Below, one piece after another: positions 26,523 to 36,348 of a DNA stretch of 64,000 nt; position 1 is the stretch's first letter; each line of letters starts with the position of its first letter. The notes beneath the pieces were generated by a model. The model saw only the letters and a program-made list of their open reading frames with translations. It searched no databases and was not told the DNA's origin. Location of the stretch: positions 1-64,000 of the IMG/VR virus record IMGVR_UViG_3300033475_000014. One strand, written 5' to 3'. A program made the translations under genes and the position numbers. The stretch comes from a virus (taxonomy: Duplodnaviria > Caudoviricetes).

Positions 26523-26704
26523 TATTTCTTCTCCTTTTTAAAGTTCTCAATAAGTTCTGATACTAAAGAATGGGCACCCTGTATTTTAACCTGTTCAGTG
26601 TTAATCTCGTTAAGGCGCTTGGTTAATCCTTGCTTCTCACTCTCAAGGGAATTAAAAGCATTTTCAAGCTCTGACTTCTTATCGTTTAGTTGCTTGAGTT
26701 CCAT
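26522..26704 (-). CDS. Small coiled-coil protein
   Basis: ORF. Confidence 0.7.
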   Translation of the reverse strand: MELKQLNDKKSELENAFNSLESEKQGLTKRLNEINTEQVKIQGAHSLVSELIENFKKEKK

Positions 26705-26736
26705 ATTGGTTTAACAATACCATATATTTGTAAAAG

Positions 26737-26765
26737 AAAATAGCCCCTGGTTTAGAGGCTATTTT
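26737..26765. terminator. Intrinsic terminator
   Basis: AAAATAGCC...GGCTATTTT inverted repeat. Confidence 0.7.
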
Positions 26766-26778
26766 ACTGTGTATTTTG

Positions 26779-27327
26779 TTACGCTGCTGCGAAGATACCA
26801 GACTGCGCTGTCATGTACCAACCCGCACCGTCAGATACTAACGTGATTGTGTCTCCAACCACTGCCGTAGCCTGTGTGTTTGTTAGGGTTGTGCCGCTGA
26901 CTGCCGTACCTGTTGCACTTGTCTTAGCGTGAATTGTTCCCGCCGCCGTAACAGTGAAGCCAGTAGTTGTGTTAGCACAGATAAAGGTGTACTTCAGACC
27001 GCTAGCGGCTGTTGGTAGTGTCCATGATGGGCTACCGCTAGTTGATGCGTTAATGAAGGTTTTACCTGAATCTGCTGCTGTTAGTACTACTGTTGCACCG
27101 ACTGTTGCACTATTGCTCGTAGGACTAGTGGATGGTCCCGTTGGAGCAGTAGAGAACGATACGGTGCTTGTAAAGCTTGCTGCACCTGATACGGTAGTCG
27201 CGCCCGAAAGAGTTGTTGCACCGCTAAGTGTGTTTGTTCCAGCGGCTACAAGTGGCTCATTCGAGTTAAGACGTACACCGTTTTGTCGAACTGCTGCGTT
27301 GTATTGGCCTAAGTCTTGTGTAGACAT
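26779..27327 (-). CDS. Capsid decoration/fibre protein
   Basis: TLPTAASGLKYTF motif; follows the capsid genes. Confidence 0.7.
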   Translation of the reverse strand: MSTQDLGQYNAAVRQNGVRLNSNEPLVAAGTNTLSGATTLSGATTVSGAASFTSTVSFSTAPTGPSTSPTSNSATVGATVVLTAADSGKTFINASTSGSPSWTLPTAASGLKYTFICANTTTGFTVTAAGTIHAKTSATGTAVSGTTLTNTQATAVVGDTITLVSDGAGWYMTAQSGIFAAA

Positions 27328-27337
27328 ATTAGCCTCC

Positions 27338-28066
27338 TTACTTTACGTCGAGTTCAAGCTGGTTGTATTTAGTATCAACAGTCGCTTCTGGAGCAACACC
27401 TACAGTCTGTGAGGTTGCTGCGCTTGCACCGTTGATTGCTACTGCACCTGCTACGCTTGTTGACTGACCAACTGCGTAACCCTTAGTGATAACACCATCT
27501 GCAAGTACTGAAGCAGGACCCTTTGTCTGAACCCAGCCGTATTCACCAGCAGCAAGTGTTGCGAGTGGCACACCAACAGCTTGCGAAAGCGTAGTCGAGG
27601 CAAGTACACCGCTCCAAGGGCTGATGAGGTCAACCTTTGTGTCTGCGGTCGCAAGTGCGACGATGACTGCATCTTGTAGCTGTACGGTTACCGCACCACC
27701 TGCTGAACTTACAGCGGTGTTACCAGCGATCTGGAGCATCTGACCCTTACCAGTACCATCGCGTACTACAAGGTAGCCGTCGGCGTATTGGTCCTGGGTA
27801 ACTGCCGTTGCACCTACTGATACAACAACCTGGAGTGAACCTACTGCTACAGCTGATGTGCTGTCGAGTGAGCGGTTTACGTGGTTTGCAACAACCGCTG
27901 CTCGCACACCGAGCTTACCGACTGCAAGACCTGCGCTAGCGTCGCTGAGTACATAGACAAACTGGCGGCCGTCGCGTGTTGCACCGCGTGCTCCAAGAGT
28001 TTCACCCTTGGTAGTACTGTGAACAAACAAGTCCTCGTTCGTTAAAATTCGTACACCATTTTCCAT
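27338..28066 (-). CDS. Capsid cement/decoration protein
   Basis: LGARG.T.DGR.F.YV...GEYGWVQTKG motif. Confidence 0.7.
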   Translation of the reverse strand: MENGVRILTNEDLFVHSTTKGETLGARGATRDGRQFVYVLSDASAGLAVGKLGVRAAVVANHVNRSLDSTSAVAVGSLQVVVSVGATAVTQDQYADGYLVVRDGTGKGQMLQIAGNTAVSSAGGAVTVQLQDAVIVALATADTKVDLISPWSGVLASTTLSQAVGVPLATLAAGEYGWVQTKGPASVLADGVITKGYAVGQSTSVAGAVAINGASAATSQTVGVAPEATVDTKYNQLELDVK

Positions 28067-28088
28067 AGTTTTTCTCCTTATATTTTGT

Positions 28089-28136
28089 AAAAAAATAGAC
28101 CCGTTACCGGATCTATTCCTTATAGAGTGTATTGTA
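28089..28136 (-). promoter_or_regulatory. Late promoter-terminator module 5
   Basis: TACAAT-ACACTC-TATAAGG-hairpin-T7. Confidence 0.7.
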
Positions 28137-28160
28137 ATTCACTTGCTGGCATAAATCAAA

Positions 28161-28715
28161 CTATTCGGAAAGCTTACGCGTACTCCAGAATCTATCGGCC
28201 CTAGCTTTCTTAATCCTCTCTGATTGACTATGGCGTTTGTCGTCATCCCAGTGTAGACTTGAATGTTCGCTAGGGTTGAGAATTGTAAGGTTTTCTATCC
28301 TATTATCAAGTTTGTCGCCATTTATGTGATGAACATGCTCATTTTTGTTCAGTGATCTGTTTAGATGCTGAGACATGACATACCTATGTTCTTTGATATA
28401 TTTCCCATTAACTCTTATACGTCGATAACCCCAATCGTCAATCCAAGTACCACCTTTCCAAGTTGGATTATTCTTTCCTATTTGACTTTTACCCAACTCA
28501 GATAGTTTTTGCTTTTGTTCTTCGCTTGGTGACCACTTCTTAATTTTCCTTGTCTCAGATATGTTTCGCTCAGGAATATTAAAGGACTTTAAATATCTGC
28601 TTACTGTAGATCTTCCTATATGAAAAAAGGCTGCCATCTCTATGCCTGACAGTCCTTCATTCAAATATTTGTGTCTAAAAATTGACTCGTTGATATTGTA
28701 ACGTGGCTTACTCAT
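28161..28715 (-). CDS. Free-standing HNH homing endonuclease
   Basis: EHRYVM...EHVHHINGDKLDNRIENL; N-terminal HTH-like region. Confidence 0.85.
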   Translation of the reverse strand: MSKPRYNINESIFRHKYLNEGLSGIEMAAFFHIGRSTVSRYLKSFNIPERNISETRKIKKWSPSEEQKQKLSELGKSQIGKNNPTWKGGTWIDDWGYRRIRVNGKYIKEHRYVMSQHLNRSLNKNEHVHHINGDKLDNRIENLTILNPSEHSSLHWDDDKRHSQSERIKKARADRFWSTRKLSE

Positions 28716-28760
28716 GGGTCTAGTATATCACTAGACCCATAGTAATCCAAGTGAGCTGCA

Positions 28761-29849
28761 TCAATTTCCTGTCACGCCCGTCAACTTACCGTTACGACGT
28801 GGCTGGCGACAGATGAGGTTACCAAGCAAGATGACAGCACCGACCTGACCGAGCTGGTTGATTGAGCTCATCATATCGCGGAACTGGAATGCTGATGGGA
28901 ATGGAACATCTTCGTAGAAACCTTGCATACTCTCAACTGTAGAACCGATGTCACGGAGCTCAGGGCTCTTCTGTACAGCGAAGTCGAGGTATTTTTGGTT
29001 AATCCAGAAGAACGTACCGCTTGTAGCCTTGTCATCTGCGAAGATGTCACGACCACGCCAAGTGATAGAGATGAAACCACCTGCACCACTTAGTTCAGCA
29101 CCAGTGTTAGGTCCTGTGCTTCGTGGAGTCTTACCGTCTACACGGTTGTACCCACGAATGCTTGTGCTCTCGTAGCGTGCGCTAAGCATTGGCTGAATAA
29201 GACCTTCAACGTAAGTCCAGATAGCCTTAGTAGTAAGACCGTAGTCTGGAGATTCTGAGGTAGAGCTTGCAGCCGATACGTTGTCAAACTCGCTTGATAG
29301 GTAGCTGAGTGTGATCGTACCGTTAGTTACAGCAGTTACGTCTGCGTCAAGGAATGGGTAGGTAGTACGAGAAAGCCCACCGTAGGTTGGAGCGTTTGTA
29401 CCGTTGTCTACTACGTTGCCAAGACCGTCGAATGCTTTACCAAGACCAAAGCCATAAAGCTCTGTACCGATAGCATCAGCCATTGAGATTTTAGCCTCGT
29501 CCATCTTAGCTGTGAGCAGTTTAATAACCTGAGATTCAGTGTTACCGTTTACTGCGGCTTCGATGCCAGGGATAACGATTGATTGGTACTGACCAGTCAA
29601 GTAGAACGTCATCTGACGAGTGTTGTTTGTTGCGGCAGTAGAGAATGTGTCCATGCCGTTAAATGAGCCACCTGTCGTGCTAAATGCAGTCTGGATAGGC
29701 ACGTTGTAACTAACACCCTCCCAGTCGCACGTTTCCGACAATATCTTGCTTGTGAAGACGTTGGAGTTCGACACCTGGTCTACAAGCGCAGGCAAAATGT
29801 ACTGATAAGTAATATCAGATACGCGGTTGGTAAAAATTTGTCCAGCCAT
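28761..29849 (-). CDS. Major capsid protein (HK97 fold)
   Basis: 362 aa after scaffold and portal; LYG.G.GKAFDGLGNVVD motif. Confidence 0.85.
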   Translation of the reverse strand: MAGQIFTNRVSDITYQYILPALVDQVSNSNVFTSKILSETCDWEGVSYNVPIQTAFSTTGGSFNGMDTFSTAATNNTRQMTFYLTGQYQSIVIPGIEAAVNGNTESQVIKLLTAKMDEAKISMADAIGTELYGFGLGKAFDGLGNVVDNGTNAPTYGGLSRTTYPFLDADVTAVTNGTITLSYLSSEFDNVSAASSTSESPDYGLTTKAIWTYVEGLIQPMLSARYESTSIRGYNRVDGKTPRSTGPNTGAELSGAGGFISITWRGRDIFADDKATSGTFFWINQKYLDFAVQKSPELRDIGSTVESMQGFYEDVPFPSAFQFRDMMSSINQLGQVGAVILLGNLICRQPRRNGKLTGVTGN

Positions 29850-29881
29850 ATTTTATTCCTTATTGCTCCTTATATTTACTA

Positions 29882-29931
29882 TAAAAAATAAGAGAGCCCT
29901 GCGGCTCTCTTACCTTTATACACTCATTATA
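29882..29931 (-). promoter_or_regulatory. Late promoter-terminator module 6 (before MCP)
   Basis: TTGACG-16-TATAAT-GAGTG-TATAAAGG-hairpin-TTATTTTTT. Confidence 0.7.
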
Positions 29932-29958
29932 CAACGAGAGGTAGAAGCGTCAACTATA

Positions 29959-30126
29959 TTATTTTTTGATCTTCTCGAATACGTCCTTGATAAAATGCTG
30001 CGCTTCCTTGTACGTTGACGGGATTGTAGTGTTCCTCAGTTCCTTATCGAGCTTCTCTGCTTCCTTAGCAGTAAGCTGTCCAAGGTGCTCTAGCGTTGCG
30101 ATAAATAGTGTGATGTAGTTTTCCAT
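29959..30126 (-). CDS. 55-aa hypothetical protein (missed by the ORF track)
   Basis: MENYITLFIATLEHLGQL...; TAATG overlap. Confidence 0.6.
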   Translation of the reverse strand: MENYITLFIATLEHLGQLTAKEAEKLDKELRNTTIPSTYKEAQHFIKDVFEKIKK

Positions 30127-31076
30127 TAAATTCTCCCCATCTTATATAGCTGATAAACACGGTTTAAGTCTGTTCCCGGAGGCAGTGGTCGGGCCTTAGT
30201 TTCAGGCGTAGTGCTTTGTGGTGCACCTACCTTAGAAGCTACTTTCTCCCTTTGTGCCTGGTTCTCAGATTTAACCTCTTCCTTTTTAATAGCTTCCTTT
30301 TGTTCTTTAGAAGCCTCTTTAGGATGCAGTGCGTAGTAGCGATATGCTGCGTCCTCATATGATACTCGGTACATACGGCCTGAACCATTATACTTAGTGA
30401 AATAGTCATCATTGATCTTCTTGTAGAAATCATAAATCTTATTAGATTCGAGTACAGCTGGGTCATCATTAAAGCGCGGGTCGTTCACTTCGTACTTGAA
30501 CTTAGGAAGCATGCCAGCCTTCTGTAGGCTTTTAACATCGTTCTGAATATCTACAGCTTCGAGGGCTTCGAAGTCTGCTTGGGAACGTTGAGCCTCTTCT
30601 GTACGGTACTTCTGTAGCAAGTCGCGCGCGTTGACTTCCTGAGCCGCGAGTGCTGCGTTAAATGCTAGCTCCGCTCGCTTAGAAGCAAACTCAAAGTCGT
30701 CTGGAAGTTCTTCTAGACGTTTAACTGTGAATACTTTATCTTTACCCTCTTCACCCTGGTGCCCCATTACCTGGATGGTTGGGAGGTTATCAATAATGTA
30801 CTTCTGCCAGTCTGGGAGCGGTTCTAGCTTTGTCTCTTCTGGAATCTCTTCAAGTTCTACCTCTTCTGGCACTTCCTCTTGGGGTTCTTCAACGGGAATT
30901 TCTTCTTCTTTTTTAGGATCTTCCTTAGCAGGTTCTTCTGGTACGGCCTTGAGGAGTTGATCTACTTGACTCTTTAGAGGACGATTAGGGTTGAGTTTGA
31001 AACCCTTGTCCTCCTTGTTCTCTTCCTGCTGGACTTCCTCTGCTACCTCTTTGTTTGGTAATACTTCCTCTTCCAT
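30126..31076 (-). CDS. Capsid scaffolding protein
   Basis: Acidic E/P-rich N-terminus; lies between portal and MCP. Confidence 0.75.
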   Translation of the reverse strand: MEEEVLPNKEVAEEVQQEENKEDKGFKLNPNRPLKSQVDQLLKAVPEEPAKEDPKKEEEIPVEEPQEEVPEEVELEEIPEETKLEPLPDWQKYIIDNLPTIQVMGHQGEEGKDKVFTVKRLEELPDDFEFASKRAELAFNAALAAQEVNARDLLQKYRTEEAQRSQADFEALEAVDIQNDVKSLQKAGMLPKFKYEVNDPRFNDDPAVLESNKIYDFYKKINDDYFTKYNGSGRMYRVSYEDAAYRYYALHPKEASKEQKEAIKKEEVKSENQAQREKVASKVGAPQSTTPETKARPLPPGTDLNRVYQLYKMGRI

Positions 31077-31091
31077 TCTGTTCCTTCCTTA

Positions 31092-33275
31092 TTAAACTGG
31101 TGGTAACTGAGCTGGGTTGCCAAGGTTAACGCTAGGCTGAGCTGGCGCGCCGTTTGGTGTGACTGGCGGAGCTGTAGGGCCAGGTGTTGGCTGTTGCATA
31201 ATAGCCTGCATTGGTGATGGTTGTCCAGGGGCTTGACCCACATTACCCATAGGCGGTTGTGGCATCTGTGGAGCTGGTGGCATACCCATTGGCATCGGAG
31301 GTTGTACCTGCTGTAAACCAGTAGCAAGTACTTGTGGTGGTAACGGTCGTTCTTGCTCTGGAGATTGAGACATCTGGTGAAGCTCCTGTTGAAGCTGGAA
31401 CCTATCTATAGCCTTGTTAACGAATCTAATTGTATTGCTTTGAACCTTGGCCTTGGATTTCATAAACTCGTCAGAGATAAGGAGCTTGCGCATCTGCTCG
31501 ATATACTCGTGAGTTGGGTCTTCCCTGTCTTCTGGAGTTTGGCTGTTCATTAGCTGTGTCCAGTCAACCACTGCATCACTGTTTGCGTCGTTGATAGCAA
31601 TATCCATAGCAAGTTGAGTAGGGTCTGACTTCCACTTCATAAAGTTATCGTAAAGCTGCTGCGGATCGTCCATATGAAGCAGTTTGTAGCCGTCGTATGG
31701 GCTGATAACACCTAACTTGAGTAAGTTTACAGCTACAGACTCTTGGCGGCTCTTATCGAACGGCAGTGTGGTACCTGACTGAACTTTAACGCTCATTCCC
31801 TTCTCAACCTTATCTCGGTGCATCTCAATGAAGTCGAATTTACCATCTCCGCCGTTTACTGTGGCATAGTGAGACTCTGTATACCAAACCGTTATCATCT
31901 GTGCGAGGAACTGGAAGTATTTACCCATTCCGTAATCAACTGAGCGGACGATCTTATCCTGACGACCAGAAGCTTGGTTTTTAATCATCATCGCTTCTGA
32001 TGCTGTCTCGGTCTTGTTTTCGTCTGATCCTGTGAACTGTGATGGCGTACCAAGTAGATTGTGAATAGCCTGCTTTGCGTTAGACACTTCTCCAATAAGC
32101 TGAGCCGATACCATTTGAGGGTTGAGCTGTGCGACTACATCAGTAACGCGTTGGTTAGGCTTTGTTTTTACTAGGAGAAGCTGGTTAGGGTCGCCTGTGA
32201 AGTTTTGTGCATCATCTTTAGTCATTGCGTGAGCATCAATAACCTTGAACCCATTAGCCGTGCCGATATTATCAAGTAACTGTCGGCCTAGCTTATTAAG
32301 AATGTCCTGCTGTGGGATAGCCTGTTCTAGGGCGTTAGTGCGGTCGATCCAGTGTGAGCCATCATTCGTGAGGTTGAATGGAATAAATGGCTTCATAGGA
32401 GCGTCTAGGAAGTTCTCACCCTCGTTGTCGTAGAGCCAGTTAATGTTACGAGACTTATCTAATACGATGTTATCCACGTACCACGCGACTGCTTCTTGTG
32501 GCTTATTATCTGTGTCGTAGTAAGTAAACCATACCTCTCGGTAGGCTACCTCAGCGCTCATATTGCGTGAACCTTTACGCTTGATAGAGAAGTGGTCGAG
32601 AATGGTTTGTTCTTTATCTGGGAACTTAGCGCATAAGCCCTCTACAGAGTCCTTTAACACGTGACAGATAAAGCGTGGATTCTCACCAAGCTTAGCATTC
32701 TTGTCTATAATTACGTGATTGGGGTCAACAACCTCTGGGACAATCTCACCATTCTTTCCGTAAAGCGGGTCCCACCTTAGCTTAAGTAGTCCAACGAACT
32801 TACCCACCATGTTGTATACAGCGCCCTCTAGCTTACGTGGTAGCTCAAACTTCTCTGAATGAGAGTGCATATATTTCTCTAGGTTTTGAGCAAGCACCAT
32901 TGAGTCTGTTTTATCTGAGGCTGGATAAACTTCGGCATTAGGCGTCTGAGCGCATACATACGCTAGTATGGCATCCATACCCACAAAGACTTCATTATCA
33001 ATGTATGGGGTTTGGTGGCGATATAGTTTGTTTTCCTCAAGGTGTGCACCTTGAAGCATCTGGGCGTTCTTTAATCGCTTGTTCTTGAGATTAAAATGGT
33101 TAATGTCATTATAGTAGTCACGAGAGTCTTCAATGATTGTGTGTAGATTCTTAATGATATAGTCATCTTCGAGCTCGAGACTGACTGATGGAAGTAAATA
33201 CAGCTCACCGTCTTTGTTAGCTAGATCATCTAGGTTGTAATCGCTCTGTGGCTGTGCGAACAATTGGGGGTTAAT
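31092..33275 (-). CDS. Portal protein (probable ATT start)
   Basis: Size and position; P/Q-rich tail as in P22-like portals; GAGGAG-7nt-ATT in frame. Confidence 0.85.
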   Translation of the reverse strand: MNPQLFAQPQSDYNLDDLANKDGELYLLPSVSLELEDDYIIKNLHTIIEDSRDYYNDINHFNLKNKRLKNAQMLQGAHLEENKLYRHQTPYIDNEVFVGMDAILAYVCAQTPNAEVYPASDKTDSMVLAQNLEKYMHSHSEKFELPRKLEGAVYNMVGKFVGLLKLRWDPLYGKNGEIVPEVVDPNHVIIDKNAKLGENPRFICHVLKDSVEGLCAKFPDKEQTILDHFSIKRKGSRNMSAEVAYREVWFTYYDTDNKPQEAVAWYVDNIVLDKSRNINWLYDNEGENFLDAPMKPFIPFNLTNDGSHWIDRTNALEQAIPQQDILNKLGRQLLDNIGTANGFKVIDAHAMTKDDAQNFTGDPNQLLLVKTKPNQRVTDVVAQLNPQMVSAQLIGEVSNAKQAIHNLLGTPSQFTGSDENKTETASEAMMIKNQASGRQDKIVRSVDYGMGKYFQFLAQMITVWYTESHYATVNGGDGKFDFIEMHRDKVEKGMSVKVQSGTTLPFDKSRQESVAVNLLKLGVISPYDGYKLLHMDDPQQLYDNFMKWKSDPTQLAMDIAINDANSDAVVDWTQLMNSQTPEDREDPTHEYIEQMRKLLISDEFMKSKAKVQSNTIRFVNKAIDRFQLQQELHQMSQSPEQERPLPPQVLATGLQQVQPPMPMGMPPAPQMPQPPMGNVGQAPGQPSPMQAIMQQPTPGPTAPPVTPNGAPAQPSVNLGNPAQLPPV

Positions 33276-33290
33276 GGCTGTTCTCCTCTA

Positions 33291-33343
33291 TAAAATAAGC
33301 CGCACGAATATGTACGGCTTAACTACCTTATAGTTGAATTGTA
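33291..33343 (-). promoter_or_regulatory. Late promoter-terminator module 7 (before portal)
   Basis: TGGTACAAT-TCAAC-TATAAGG-hairpin-TTATTTT. Confidence 0.7.
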
Positions 33344-33348
33344 CCATA

Positions 33349-33567
33349 TTACTGGAAATAAAAGTTGTATACTGTCTCACAACCGTGGCACTTTTTCTGC
33401 ACTAACCCCATGTTTTGTGGTATCTCAAACTCTGGGTAGCCCTCACCTTGCCATACTGCTACTACATCTCTATTAACGTGGAACAAACGCGCGCGACATC
33501 GCATGCAGAAGTACGGCACGGCGTTCGCTAGGTTGCTCTTAGTTAAGATAATACTCCACGTCCACAT
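33349..33567 (-). CDS. Small zinc-finger protein
   Basis: CMRC...CHGC; GGAGG SD and TAATG overlap with terL. Confidence 0.65.
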   Translation of the reverse strand: MWTWSIILTKSNLANAVPYFCMRCRARLFHVNRDVVAVWQGEGYPEFEIPQNMGLVQKKCHGCETVYNFYFQ

Positions 33568-35189
33568 TACATACTCCTCCAATCTCTGTCACCCGCTCCA
33601 CTTAATAGCTGTTGTATGTCTATACCCGTCCCTTCAATAGTACCATCACTTTTACCAACCCACTCAACTTTGGCTCTCTCTCCCTCTGGAGGGTTTCTAT
33701 CAATAAACCCATTAGCTATCTCGTATTCTCCCTTGTAGTTTACTGCAAAGAACTCTGTCTGTGTCCTATGGTGAGATGTCCAGTCGTGTACAGGCTTTGT
33801 AATAGGAGTTACCGACTGGCTTGTCTCTTCACGCTTAGGGTAGTGAGCGTTCTTTATACATTCAATCCACCACTTGACGCCTGGGGTGTCATTAGCTACT
33901 AGATGAGTGAATAAGCGTCTTGTGGCATCCCTACGGTGTACCCAGTCGTTTTCCATATCATTTACTTGTACATCTATTCCGTGGTCTTCAAGTATCTTGT
34001 ATGGGCTCACACCTGATTCGATATGTCGCTGCTTACCTGACGGGTCACCAAAGATAATGTCCTTACGCCATTTCTTGGCCTTTTCAATGAATTCTAGTTG
34101 TTTGTCTGTGTATACAAAGTTATGCTGGCCTCCACACCAAGGGCACTCAGGTACGTTCACGCAGTCCTCTAGCCCTAAGAACGGGAAGTACCATTCCATA
34201 ATGTGATCTGATTCCTCATGTGCATCTATCATAGCTACCCAATCACTATTCTTAATAGGCTGGTAATATCCTAACGATACAGCATCTAGCCCTAAGTCCA
34301 TCGCTACGTACATAGGAAGCTCCTCATCATATTCAACCAGCTGAATAGGAACGCTGGCAATCTCTGGGTATGGCCTACCAGTCTTTGAGTATTCCCAACT
34401 AATATCTATTTCGTGTAAGACTTCTTCTTCACTGCGCCTAGACTTCTCATACTCGTACCACTTCTGATCCTTATGTGGGTGAAGTGACCAGTGCCACGTC
34501 CTCACTAAAACCTTCTCAGAGAAGCGTAACGTCTTAGCGTAGGATGGTTCATCAGGCGGTGTGGTAACCCCGTGACGGCAGTGTGTGGCGTCACCTGCGG
34601 CCGTCCATGAGCTTCTAGCGTCAGGCCAGAAACCTATCTCGTCAAAGAATACATCCTTATAGCGACCACCACGAGAGAAGTTCTTGTTTGAGCTTTCGCC
34701 TTTAAGTACATTACCGTTCTCTGGGTTTACTAGCTTCATGTATGTTCGATGCTTCTTAGTATCAAAGCCCTCCGGTAGAATGAGTGGGTCTTTTATGTTC
34801 TGTATGAAATAATCCAGCTTCCCATATAAAGAAGCCAGAGTACCATCGTCTACATACTCTTCTTTACGTGAACCTAAAAGTCCTTGATACCCTTCTTCAA
34901 ACAGCCAAAACCAAAAACGTACAGCCAACGCAAGCCACGATACCCCCATATCCCTAGACTTCTCATCCAGTACGTCATAGCCCTCTCTAATAGCCTTTAC
35001 AAGCCCTACAACGTATTCTTTCTGGAAATCATATAGCTTAAAGGGCAGGTTGTGTGGGTAAGCCTCAGGACGTGGGTCAAACGTGTAGAGATAGTGCTCG
35101 ATAAAGAACACACAATCTTTACGTGCCTGACGCCTATCAGACTCATCAAGGAGCTCAATCAGATAGTTTCTGTCGCTCAAGTTCGTCAT
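33567..35189 (-). CDS. terL: Terminase large subunit
   Basis: KSRDMGVSW Walker A, VFFDE Walker B, MDLG and GDPSG nuclease motifs, HDWTSH. Confidence 0.95.
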   Translation of the reverse strand: MTNLSDRNYLIELLDESDRRQARKDCVFFIEHYLYTFDPRPEAYPHNLPFKLYDFQKEYVVGLVKAIREGYDVLDEKSRDMGVSWLALAVRFWFWLFEEGYQGLLGSRKEEYVDDGTLASLYGKLDYFIQNIKDPLILPEGFDTKKHRTYMKLVNPENGNVLKGESSNKNFSRGGRYKDVFFDEIGFWPDARSSWTAAGDATHCRHGVTTPPDEPSYAKTLRFSEKVLVRTWHWSLHPHKDQKWYEYEKSRRSEEEVLHEIDISWEYSKTGRPYPEIASVPIQLVEYDEELPMYVAMDLGLDAVSLGYYQPIKNSDWVAMIDAHEESDHIMEWYFPFLGLEDCVNVPECPWCGGQHNFVYTDKQLEFIEKAKKWRKDIIFGDPSGKQRHIESGVSPYKILEDHGIDVQVNDMENDWVHRRDATRRLFTHLVANDTPGVKWWIECIKNAHYPKREETSQSVTPITKPVHDWTSHHRTQTEFFAVNYKGEYEIANGFIDRNPPEGERAKVEWVGKSDGTIEGTGIDIQQLLSGAGDRDWRSM

Positions 35190-35568
35190 TTATACGGCTA
35201 CGCAGTTCTTCATCTGTAAGTTGCTTTGCTTTATTAATACTTTCACCAGCACTTGTAATATCTGTTTCAGTCTTTTCAACATATCCATGCTTACCACTGA
35301 GTATAAGCTTAGCAATAGTAGCGTTATACTTTCCTAGGATAGAGTTTTGTATCAGCTTTTGCCCTTGGGCTTGACGTAATTCCTCAACGATGTCGGAAAA
35401 CTCTTTATTATCTTTTTCCCATTGGTATATTGTGTCTCTGTTAATATGTAACGCAAGTGCGAGCCCCTCTATTGTTGGTAAGAGGGTATGGATACTCACG
35501 TCTATCTCTTTCAAGTATTTACGAGCTTCCTCAATTAGTTCTGGTGTAAGCTTTGTAGGTCTAGCCAT
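35155..35568 (-). CDS. terS: Terminase small subunit
   Basis: MARPTKLTPEL...PTIEGLALAL.I.RDT...W; start reassigned to MARPTK behind a TGTGCTATATT promoter. Confidence 0.85.
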   Translation of the reverse strand: MARPTKLTPELIEEARKYLKEIDVSIHTLLPTIEGLALALHINRDTIYQWEKDNKEFSDIVEELRQAQGQKLIQNSILGKYNATIAKLILSGKHGYVEKTETDITSAGESINKAKQLTDEELRSRINDELERQKLSD

Positions 35569-35772
35569 ATCTATCATCAATATAGCACAATAACCAGAAT
35601 TAACTGGCCTATTTATCATTTAATTGTAGTATCACGATGACCTGTCACAAGCTTTCAAGTAGTAGCACACGTGTTAAGGGTGAATACTTCTATTTTAGCA
35701 TAAAGAAAGCCCCCTACAGTATGTAGAGGACAATCAGTCGTGACCACGAAGGTACTTATATTATAGCACTAT

Positions 35773-36123
35773 TTACTCACCTTCTATACCTGAGGCCTTC
35801 TTAGCAGCTTCAATCGCTTGTATTCGTGCATTTGCATACCCATCGTTATATTCTTTGGAGACAAATCCACGCCAGTCTTGCAATCCGATCATGAACTTCT
35901 CGTACCATTCTTTACCTGTCATCCTTTTGTCTTTATCAGGGAACTCAGATTTAAGCTGTTCCGTTGTTACGACTCTAGTGCTGTAGACGCTAGCATCTCG
36001 CCATCCTTCGTCTACGAATAACTGTCTGATAGCCCATACTGGATTTGATATAGGCTCGATCATATTATTTGAGTAGTCACATCGCGCAATTATCTCTTCT
36101 AGCTTCTTATCTAAATCTGACAT
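35773..36123 (-). CDS. Hypothetical protein
   Basis: ORF with SD AGGAG. Confidence 0.7.
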   Translation of the reverse strand: MSDLDKKLEEIIARCDYSNNMIEPISNPVWAIRQLFVDEGWRDASVYSTRVVTTEQLKSEFPDKDKRMTGKEWYEKFMIGLQDWRGFVSKEYNDGYANARIQAIEAAKKASGIEGE

Positions 36124-36348
36124 TCTCTATACTCCTATATCGCTTTACTAGATAGTGTCGTAATCGAGCATACGTTTTAAACCTCGTAACGCTCTTTGCT
36201 GGAATAGTAACCCATTCTTTAAGGTCACTCCCATCCTGCCCCGGGCCTCACACCATACCTATGTGAAGAGGCTTAAGCCACAGGTACTCAAATGGCGGCT
36301 TAGGAGGTGAGAGAGCGTATATCTTCATACCACTGCGTGGTCGTCTCA

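Larger units (their letters stand above)
1..35700 (-). mobile_element. Phage genome A (podovirus-like, partial; continues off the left edge)
   Basis: Complete terS-terL-portal-scaffold-MCP-tail-adaptor-nozzle-ejection-lysis set followed by an early region; no tape-measure gene. Right boundary is inferred. Confidence 0.8.
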
